Source: an uncultured Planctomycetales bacterium
GTDB lineage: Bacteria > Omnitrophota > Gorgyraeia > Zapsychrales > JBDRMG01
Direction: 5' to 3'
Assembly (NCBI GenBank): GCA_964478715.1
Contig: CAYZIY010000001.1
Coordinates: forward strand, 9,088 to 73,087
Length of the DNA stretch: 64,000 nucleotides
The translations under genes and the position numbers were made by a program. Below the pieces are notes generated by a model, which saw only the letters and a program-made list of their open reading frames with translations, had not been told where the DNA came from and did not search any database. Positions 57,011-64,000 of the stretch are shown here, piece after piece (position 1 is the first letter of the stretch; each line of letters opens with the position of its first letter).

Positions 57011-57457
57011 ATGGCAAGTTTAAATAAGGTTTTATTGATGGGAAACCTGACGAAAGATCCCGAATTACGCTACACGCCAAGCGGCATAGCGGTTGTTAAT
57101 TTGCGGTTGGCCGTTAATCGTAAATACAAAGACAAAAGCGGCGAACCGAAAGAAGAAACATGTTTTGTGACGGTAACAGCATGGGATAAGCAGGCCGAAG
57201 TTTGCAATCAGTATCTGCAGAAGGGTCGTTTGATTATGGTGGAAGGCCGGCTTCAGTCGCGACAATGGGAGACCAATGACGGTCAAAAAAGAAATACTAT
57301 TGATGTGCGAGCTGAGCGTGTTCAGTTTCTGGGATCGCGATCGTCATCGACATCGGATGGTTCTTCGGGGAATTCCTATTCCTCAAATCAGCCTTCCGAA
57401 GCCAGTTTAAGTAAAACAGAAAATATATCATGGGATGAGGAGGAGAAAATTGCCTAG
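57011..57457 (+). CDS. ssb: single-stranded DNA-binding protein
   Basis: ATG at 57011 after [32 protein letters not shown]-fold signature. Gly/Ser-rich tail ending ...WDEEEKIA. Confidence 0.9.
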   Translation: MASLNKVLLMGNLTKDPELRYTPSGIAVVNLRLAVNRKYKDKSGEPKEETCFVTVTAWDKQAEVCNQYLQKGRLIMVEGRLQSRQWETNDGQKRNTIDVRAERVQFLGSRSSSTSDGSSGNSYSSNQPSEASLSKTENISWDEEEKIA

Positions 57458-57710
57458 TAGAAAGCTATCCAGAAAAAGAAAACCGAGATCGAGGGGTCTT
57501 GCCAGTCGGCGGACAGCTGGGAAATTCCGTTTAACACCCGGAACGAAGATTGACTATAAGGAATTTAATTTACTCAAGAAATTCATTACTGAACGCGGAA
57601 AGATTCTTTCTCGCCGTATTATCGGTACCTCTCCCAAGGAACAGCGATTGATTGCCCGAGAAGTCAAGCGGGCCCGTTATTTGGGGCTGCTTCCTACCGG
57701 AGCGCGGTAG
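57450..57710 (+). CDS. rpsR: 30S ribosomal protein S18
   Basis: [25 protein letters not shown]18 signature. Probable TTG start at 57450 preceded by GAGGAGGAG (the ORF-track ATG at 57435 is itself the SD-like sequence). Confidence 0.8.
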   Translation: MPSRKLSRKRKPRSRGLASRRTAGKFRLTPGTKIDYKEFNLLKKFITERGKILSRRIIGTSPKEQRLIAREVKRARYLGLLPTGAR

Positions 57711-57739
57711 TACCCAATAAGCATTGAAGGAGCAAGCCA

Positions 57740-58183
57740 ATGGATGTGATACTTTGTGAGGATATTAAAAATTTGGGCAAGACCGGAGATGTCATTCATG
57801 TTAAAGAAGGTTTCGCCCGTAATTTTCTTCTTCCCAAGAAGAAAGCTTATCCGGCCACGCAAGCCAATATCAAGCGAATCGAAAAGAGAAAACAAGAGCT
57901 TAAGCAGAAGGCCGAAGAACAAAAAGTACAGGCTCAAGAATTAGCGGAGCAACTTTCTCATATTTCCTGTACGGTGGCGGTAGAAGTTAATGATATTGAG
58001 AAAATGTACGGTTCCGTGACAGAAAAAGAGATCAGTCAGGCTATTACGAGTGAAGGTTTTGAGGTTGATATTAATGCCATCAGGCTTGAAAAACCCATCG
58101 AAGAATTGGGAATTTATGAAGTCGCCGTGAATCTTCATCCTGAGGTAGAAGCCAAAGTTCGGGTGTGGGTGACTAAGAAATAG
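57740..58183 (+). CDS. rplI: 50S ribosomal protein L9
   Basis: MDVILCEDIKNLGKTGDVIHVKEGFARNFLLP signature. Confidence 0.9.
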   Translation: MDVILCEDIKNLGKTGDVIHVKEGFARNFLLPKKKAYPATQANIKRIEKRKQELKQKAEEQKVQAQELAEQLSHISCTVAVEVNDIEKMYGSVTEKEISQAITSEGFEVDINAIRLEKPIEELGIYEVAVNLHPEVEAKVRVWVTKK

Positions 58184-58223
58184 ACGGCTTATATTTGTTG
58201 CTTTTTAACAGCATTGTTTTATT

Positions 58224-59612
58224 ATGGCTAATCAAAAGATAAAGTCAGTGGAGAACTCTTCCTTCCAGATGGACAGCGAGTTGACCAATCTGAAAGTTCA
58301 ACCGCAAAATCTTGACGCGGAACGTTCCGTTCTGGGGTCGATGTTAATCGATGATGAGGCTGTCGGACATGCGATCGAGTCGGTCACATCCGAGTCTTTT
58401 TATGCCCCGGCCCATCAGATGATTTATTCTGCCGTTATCGATCTTTTTAATCATCAGAAAAATGTAGATATCATTACCGTTTCGGATAAACTGAAAAGCG
58501 ACGGATTACTCGAGAAATCCGGCGGGATCACTTATCTGACCCAGATTATCGAAAGCGTTCCAACGGCCGCAAATATTGAACATTATGCCAATATCGTCAA
58601 GGAGAAAAGCATTCAGCGGTCTTTAATCAAAACCGCCACGCATATTATTCAGCAAAGCTATCGGCCCGGGGTAGAGATCGATGATTTGGTGGATAAGGCG
58701 GAACAGATGATTTTTGAGGTTGCGGTTTCACGGCAGAGTCAAAAATCTCTTCATATTAAAGATATTATTCGTGATAGCATTGAAGCCATCGATAAGCTTT
58801 ATCAGCGCAAAGAACATGTCACCGGTATCGCGACGGGTTTTCTGGATTTCGATCACAAAACGTCGGGTCTGCAAAAATCTGATCTGGTTATCGTGGCCGG
58901 TCGTCCTTCTATGGGAAAGAGCGCTTTTGCCGTGTCCATTGCCGAAAATGCCGCGTTGGTTGATAAGAAGGGTGTGGCCTTTTTCAGCCTGGAGATGTCG
59001 AAAGAACAGTTAGTCCAAAGAATGCTCTGTTCTCATGCCCGGGTGGATGCTCATCGGGTACGGTCGGGATTTCTTTCTCCGTCTGATTGGCCGCATTTGA
59101 CATCCGCGGCCGGAAAACTCTCCAATGCTCCCGTTTTTATCGATGACACGCCGGCTATTTCCGCATTGGAACTAAGAGCTAAAGCCCGACGGCTGAAATC
59201 CAATTATGATATTCAAATGATTGTTTTGGATTATTTGCAGTTAATGCGGGGCTCCAGCCGGACGGAAAGCCGTCAGCAGGAAATATCCGAAATTTCCCGT
59301 TCTATTAAGGCTTTAGCCCGCGAATTAGATATTCCTATTATCGCTATTAGCCAGTTGTCCAGGGCGGTGGAGAGCCGCATGGACCATCGACCGCAACTTT
59401 CGGATTTACGTGAATCCGGAGCGATTGAGCAAGATGCGGATGTCGTGGTTTTGATTATGCGCGAAGAGTACTATAATCCTACCGAGGAAAACAGAGGCCT
59501 CGCCGATGTCATCATTGCCAAGCAGCGTAACGGTCCGGTGGGAACTGTGAAACTGTCTTTCATTAAAGAATATATGCGTTTTGAAAACCTGGCGCAAACT
59601 CAAGAGGGGTAA
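58224..59612 (+). CDS. dnaB: replicative DNA helicase DnaB
   Basis: PQNLDAERSVLGSMLID N-terminus, Walker A GRPSMGKSAF, and SQLSR/arginine-finger region. No intein. Confidence 0.9.
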   Translation: MANQKIKSVENSSFQMDSELTNLKVQPQNLDAERSVLGSMLIDDEAVGHAIESVTSESFYAPAHQMIYSAVIDLFNHQKNVDIITVSDKLKSDGLLEKSGGITYLTQIIESVPTAANIEHYANIVKEKSIQRSLIKTATHIIQQSYRPGVEIDDLVDKAEQMIFEVAVSRQSQKSLHIKDIIRDSIEAIDKLYQRKEHVTGIATGFLDFDHKTSGLQKSDLVIVAGRPSMGKSAFAVSIAENAALVDKKGVAFFSLEMSKEQLVQRMLCSHARVDAHRVRSGFLSPSDWPHLTSAAGKLSNAPVFIDDTPAISALELRAKARRLKSNYDIQMIVLDYLQLMRGSSRTESRQQEISEISRSIKALARELDIPIIAISQLSRAVESRMDHRPQLSDLRESGAIEQDADVVVLIMREEYYNPTEENRGLADVIIAKQRNGPVGTVKLSFIKEYMRFENLAQTQEG

Positions 59613-59615
59613 AAG

Positions 59616-61988
59616 ATGACCAAGAGAAGACTTTTCTGGATTTTCGTTTACGGACTGAGCATTTTGGCCATCGCATTCAAGCCGACGGAGGTTTTAGCTC
59701 AATTTGAAGAACAGGCTGAAGAAATATCTCAACAGCAGTCTCAAGCGAAAGAGTTAGAAGATGATGGGGAAAAAGTATCGGCTATAGAAATCGTGGGGAA
59801 CAAAACCATCGGCGTTTCAACCATCCTCTCTAAAGTTAAAACGAGGGTAGGAGATCCGTATCGACAAAATGTGATAAGCGATGACCTTAAACGACTTTAT
59901 AATATGGGTTATTTTTCGGATGTCAGCGTGGATCGAGAGGTTAAAGAAGGAGGTTTTAAGGTTATTTTCTATCTTCAGGAAAAACCTATTGTTGAGAAAA
60001 TCTCGTTTACCCGGCTCAATTATTATAATCCCCGCAAACTGTTGATTAAGCTGCAGACGCAGGAAGGAAAATTTTTGGATCAAAAACTTCTTAAAGATGA
60101 TGTCCAAACGATTAAAGATCTCTATACTAAAAAAGGACTGACCAATGTTTTGGTTGATGTAGAAACCGAAATGGACGAGACAACCAATAAAGCGAGGATT
60201 CATTTTATCATCGACGAAGGAAGCCGACTCAGAGTAACCCAGCTGCGTTTTTCGGGTAGTGACAGCTTCTCTCGCTCAAGGCTTATGCGGGTGATCAAAT
60301 CACGACCAAAATGTATCTGGACCCTCACACCCGGTTATCTAAAGAAAGATATCCTTAAAGAAGACATGGATCGCTTGAGAGCTTTTTATGAGCGGGAAGG
60401 TTTCATCGATATGACTTGCGATTATCAGATTGAAGAGATCAGCGATGGTCGTCTGAAAATTACCATCGCAATCGATGAAGGAAATCAATATAGAGTGGGT
60501 CAAATTGACATTCAAAACAATGACGTAATCAATGAACAGAAAATTCTTGATACCATGGAATATATTCAATCCGGGAATGTTTTTAGCCGGGACAAGCTGG
60601 CATTTGACATTGACCGAATCCAATCGCTTTATTTTGATAAAGGATATATTTTTAGTTCGGTACGCGAATCTACTGTTCTTGATCCGCAGACAGGAAAAGT
60701 AGATGTAACCCTTGACATCAGAGAAGGAGAGTTGGCTTATTTAAATACTATCAAAATTCAAGGTAATACTTCGACTCGCGATATCGTTATTCGCCGTGAG
60801 TTGAGGATGTATCCCGGAGAAAAAGTTGACGGAGAAAAATTACGGCGAAGCAAAGAACGGTTGAGAAATCTGGGGTATTTTGAAGAGATCGGCTATGATA
60901 TTGAGAGTACGGATTCCCCCAACAGAAAAGATTTGGTTGTTCAGGTCAAGGAGGCGAAAACGGGGAGCTTTAGCTTCGGCGGTGGTTATAGCACAGTGGA
61001 TCAGGTTGTGGGCTTTATTGAAGTCGAGCAGAAAAATTTTGATTTTACCAACTGGCCGACATTTACCGGTGGCGGTCAGCACTTATCTCTTCGTTTTGAA
61101 GCCGGTTCTTTGCGCAACAATGCCCGTTTGAGTTTCACTGAGCCATGGCTGTTTGACTATCCGATATCAGCCGGTTTCGACGTTTATCGTCGTCAAAAGC
61201 TCAAAGACCAGGATGTGGGCTACGCTTATGATGAAAAGCGAACCGGCGGCAATCTCCGTTTGGGCAAGCAGTTTGATGAATATCTTTCAGGAGGAGTGAC
61301 CTACCGAAATGAGGAGATTACCATTGATAATATCGACGAGGATGTAACCATCGAACTGGCCAGAGAAGAGGGAACCAATACGGTGAGCATGTTGACGTTT
61401 CACTTGGCGCGTGATACGCGTGACAATGTTTTCAGTCCGAAAAAAGGCTATCGGATCAGCAGCGTGGTGGATTGGGCCGGCGGCGCGTTGGGCGGAGATA
61501 AAGACTTCTATCGTATTCAAAACATTTTTAGTTATTACATACCCTTTAAGTGGGAGTCGGTTGTAGAGTTGCGGCTCAAAACAGGATTTGCAGATACTTA
61601 CGACGATACGGAAGTTGTTCCAATTTTTGAGCGCTTTTTTGCCGGCGGATCGCGTTCAATTCGCGGTTATAACGAGCGTAAAGTTGGTCCTATCGATGAT
61701 GCGACTGAAGACCCCATCGGCGGGGAAAGTCTTCTTGTCGGTAATATCGAGTATACGATTCCTTTGGTTGATTTTATGAAATTGGCTGCCTTTTACGATT
61801 TCGGTAATGTTTGGAAAAATGTCAGCGACTTTGGAAGCGGGGAGCTTAAATCTGGTGTCGGTTTGGGATTAAGGATTAGGACACCGATTGGACCCGTTAG
61901 TTTGGATTATGGCTATCCATTGAATGATGAACCGGGTGAAGAAAAACGGCAGGGTAAATTCTATTTTAGCATTTCCCGTGGTTTTTAA
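59616..61988 (+). CDS. bamA: outer membrane protein assembly factor BamA
   Basis: Signal peptide, five POTRA-like repeats and a C-terminal beta-barrel ending ...FYFSISRGF. 790 aa. Confidence 0.85.
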   Translation: MTKRRLFWIFVYGLSILAIAFKPTEVLAQFEEQAEEISQQQSQAKELEDDGEKVSAIEIVGNKTIGVSTILSKVKTRVGDPYRQNVISDDLKRLYNMGYFSDVSVDREVKEGGFKVIFYLQEKPIVEKISFTRLNYYNPRKLLIKLQTQEGKFLDQKLLKDDVQTIKDLYTKKGLTNVLVDVETEMDETTNKARIHFIIDEGSRLRVTQLRFSGSDSFSRSRLMRVIKSRPKCIWTLTPGYLKKDILKEDMDRLRAFYEREGFIDMTCDYQIEEISDGRLKITIAIDEGNQYRVGQIDIQNNDVINEQKILDTMEYIQSGNVFSRDKLAFDIDRIQSLYFDKGYIFSSVRESTVLDPQTGKVDVTLDIREGELAYLNTIKIQGNTSTRDIVIRRELRMYPGEKVDGEKLRRSKERLRNLGYFEEIGYDIESTDSPNRKDLVVQVKEAKTGSFSFGGGYSTVDQVVGFIEVEQKNFDFTNWPTFTGGGQHLSLRFEAGSLRNNARLSFTEPWLFDYPISAGFDVYRRQKLKDQDVGYAYDEKRTGGNLRLGKQFDEYLSGGVTYRNEEITIDNIDEDVTIELAREEGTNTVSMLTFHLARDTRDNVFSPKKGYRISSVVDWAGGALGGDKDFYRIQNIFSYYIPFKWESVVELRLKTGFADTYDDTEVVPIFERFFAGGSRSIRGYNERKVGPIDDATEDPIGGESLLVGNIEYTIPLVDFMKLAAFYDFGNVWKNVSDFGSGELKSGVGLGLRIRTPIGPVSLDYGYPLNDEPGEEKRQGKFYFSISRGF

Positions 61989-62018
61989 TCAACGAAATGA
62001 AAAAAAGGAGGTTGTAAA

Positions 62019-62522
62019 ATGAGAAGGCTCCCATTAATGGTGCTGGTGGCTGTGTTAGCAGGGGGGTTGATTTTCAGTCAGGCTCTCTGGGCTCAGGAAG
62101 CAAAAAAGATTGCTTATGTCGATATCGGACAGTTATTTGACGGGCATGCCAAGCGCAAACAATATGATGAAATACTCGAAACAAAATTCGACCAATACGA
62201 GGAGCAATATAATGAAATGCGGGATAATATTCTCAATTCGATGGGGAAATTGTCCCTTTTAAAAGACGAAGAAAAAGAAAAACTCCAAGAGAAAATCGAC
62301 AAGCAAAGAGCCGAGTTGGAACAATTCGAGCGACAAAAAGGAACGGATTTGAAGCAGGAAAGAGATGAAAAGATTCGGGAGATCCTTCTGGACATCGAGC
62401 AGATTATTAGAGACTTTGCCGAAAAAAATAAATACGATATTATTCTTAACGATAAAGTCTTGATTTATGGCAATCAATCTCTTGATGTCACCAAAGAAAT
62501 TCTTAATGAAATGAATAAGTAA
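62019..62522 (+). CDS. skp: periplasmic chaperone Skp/OmpH family
   Basis: Signal peptide and a coiled-coil-rich 167-aa protein immediately after bamA, the canonical position. Confidence 0.75.
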   Translation: MRRLPLMVLVAVLAGGLIFSQALWAQEAKKIAYVDIGQLFDGHAKRKQYDEILETKFDQYEEQYNEMRDNILNSMGKLSLLKDEEKEKLQEKIDKQRAELEQFERQKGTDLKQERDEKIREILLDIEQIIRDFAEKNKYDIILNDKVLIYGNQSLDVTKEILNEMNK

Positions 62523-62554
62523 ATTCATCGAAGGTTCCATCTTAGAAAAATTAA

Positions 62555-63625
62555 TTGAGAATGAAAAGAACGATCAAGGAAATAGCACAGTTTATTGATG
62601 GTGAAATTATCGGGAACCCCGAGCTTATTATTACGGGGCTTTCGGGGATAAAAGAGGCGAGAGAGGGTCATTTGACATTTTTGGCCAATTCTAAATATGC
62701 CTCCTTGCTCTTAAAGACGCAGGCCTCGGCTGTTATCGTTGAGAAAAAGGTTGATTTGCGTGATAAATGCATTATTCGTACCGATAATCCTTCCTGGGCG
62801 TTTGCAAAAATTGTTACCCGGGAAATAGGAGAAGATTCTTTCCAGACGACGGGGATTCATCCCCAGGCTTTTATTGCCGATGATGCCCAGATTGCTGATA
62901 ATGTCAGCATCGGGCCGTTTGCCGTGATAGCCAGCAAGACCCGTATCGGCAGGGGATCGGTGATCGGGGCGGGATGTTTTATCGGACATCAAACGTCTTT
63001 GGGTGAAAATTGCTTGATTTATCCCAATACGACAATCCGAGAAAGGATTCATATCGGTAATCGCGTCATTATTCACAGCGGAACAGTGATTGGTTGTGAC
63101 GGGTTCGGTTTTGTTAATGTTGAGGGGGTGCATGAAAAAATTCCGCAGATTGGAAAAGTAGTTATTGAAGATGACGTGGAAATAGGAGCCAATGTTACCG
63201 TTGATCGCGCTCGGTTTGACAAAACATTGATCGGGCGGGGAACCAAAATCGATAACTTGGTTCAGATTGCCCATAATGTTCAAATCGGAGAAAATTGTAT
63301 TATTGTGGCCCAGGTTGGCGTTTCGGGAAGTACGATGATAGAAAAAAACGCGATTCTAGCCGGACAGGTCGGCGTGATCGGTCACTTGACAATCGGCGAG
63401 GGTGCTGTCATTGCCGCACAGTCGGGTGTTTCTAAGTCAGTCAAGCCGCATACGAAGGTGTTCGGATCACCCGCGAAACCTTATGCGCAGGCGTATAGAG
63501 TTCATGCTTGTCTTCAGAAACTTCCGGATACTCTGAAAGAAATTGGGGACCTTAAAAAGAAAGTAAAATCTTTGGAATCACGATTCCTGAGTGATATTGA
63601 TGGAAAAGAAAAAAACAATTCGTAA
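62555..63625 (+). CDS. lpxD: UDP-3-O-acylglucosamine N-acyltransferase
   Basis: [16 protein letters not shown]-terminus and left-handed beta-helix hexapeptide repeats. Start is either the TTG at 62555 or the ATG at 62561. Confidence 0.85.
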   Translation: MRMKRTIKEIAQFIDGEIIGNPELIITGLSGIKEAREGHLTFLANSKYASLLLKTQASAVIVEKKVDLRDKCIIRTDNPSWAFAKIVTREIGEDSFQTTGIHPQAFIADDAQIADNVSIGPFAVIASKTRIGRGSVIGAGCFIGHQTSLGENCLIYPNTTIRERIHIGNRVIIHSGTVIGCDGFGFVNVEGVHEKIPQIGKVVIEDDVEIGANVTVDRARFDKTLIGRGTKIDNLVQIAHNVQIGENCIIVAQVGVSGSTMIEKNAILAGQVGVIGHLTIGEGAVIAAQSGVSKSVKPHTKVFGSPAKPYAQAYRVHACLQKLPDTLKEIGDLKKKVKSLESRFLSDIDGKEKNNS

Positions 63626-64000
63626 ATCAGTTTCTGTCGAAGGTATCGGATTGCATACCGGTCAAAAGGTTCGCATGATGTTTAAGCCTGCTTCGGCCAA
63701 TAGCGGCATCGCTTTTATTCGTACGGATTTGCCGAATAGGCCGAGAATCGAAGCGCATTTGGATAATGTCGTTAAAGATATTATTCCCCGCTGCACTTCA
63801 ATTGGGAAAGACGGTGCATATATTTATACAATCGAGCATCTGATGAGCGTTTTGTATGGTTTGGGGATCGATAATCTGGATATTGAAATTGATAGTCAAG
63901 AGGTGCCAGGCTTAGACGGAAGTGGCTTGAATTTCCTGAAGCTGCTCAAAGAATCGGGGCTTAAAGAACAGGAGGCCGAGCGTCGCTATTTTGAAATTCG
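63600..64000 (+). CDS. lpxC: UDP-3-O-acyl-N-acetylglucosamine deacetylase, N-terminal part (3' truncated by window end)
   Basis: [23 protein letters not shown]...IAFIRTD, a typical LpxC N-terminus. Overlaps the lpxD stop. Runs off the window end. Confidence 0.85.
   Translation, partial: MEKKKTIRKSVSVEGIGLHTGQKVRMMFKPASANSGIAFIRTDLPNRPRIEAHLDNVVKDIIPRCTSIGKDGAYIYTIEHLMSVLYGLGIDNLDIEIDSQEVPGLDGSGLNFLKLLKESGLKEQEAERRYFEI

Noticed and set aside
1-64000. Mobile elements, CRISPR arrays, prophage or defence islands
   Set aside because: No transposase, integrase, recombinase, Cas-like proteins or direct-repeat/spacer arrays were seen. The only tandem repeats are short coding repeats (CCGCAG at 2950-3000; Lys-codon repeats at 12985-13060). 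The window looks like conserved core chromosome.

Overview
The window reads as a chromosomal core segment from a diderm (outer-membrane-bearing) bacterium, about 45% GC. Roughly 75 genes are densely packed, nearly all on the + strand and many translationally coupled. No integrases, transposases, CRISPR arrays or obvious phage or defence islands were seen. Recognisable content, in order: a small polysaccharide-modification cluster (GT4, FkbM methyltransferase, HAD-IB hydrolase), pcm, tatA-tatC, a cation-chloride-cotransporter-like APC transporter, hemW, a polyprenyl synthase, a long purine de novo operon (purB-purC-purS/S/L fusion-LOG-purQ-purM-purD-purE), a tsaC::LMW-PTP fusion with rpiB, glyA and nrdR, cca, ychF, a GH5 hydrolase, an ABC-F ATPase, rmuC, pgeF, cutA, hisG, then a Firmicutes-like ispE-spoVG-tRNA(Gln)-glmU-prs-rplY-pth block, rpsF-ssb-rpsR-rplI-dnaB, and the outer-membrane biogenesis genes bamA-skp-lpxD-lpxC. 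Most worth a second look: (1) a receiver/degenerate-GGDEF (GGDDF)/MshEN-like c-di-GMP-receptor gene split by a frameshift in a C7 homopolymer; (2) two convergent small genes with lysine-rich histone-H1-like tails, each with its own near-consensus promoter, sharing one bidirectional terminator; (3) SpoVG with a C-terminal zinc ribbon; (4) the TsaC::LMW-phosphatase fusion; (5) a LOG-family gene inside the pur operon together with a PurS-PurS-PurL fusion; (6) a GT9::GT4 double glycosyltransferase; and (7) a 33-residue extremely basic ORF with a good RBS. All functional calls rest on motif recognition by eye; no database searches were run.
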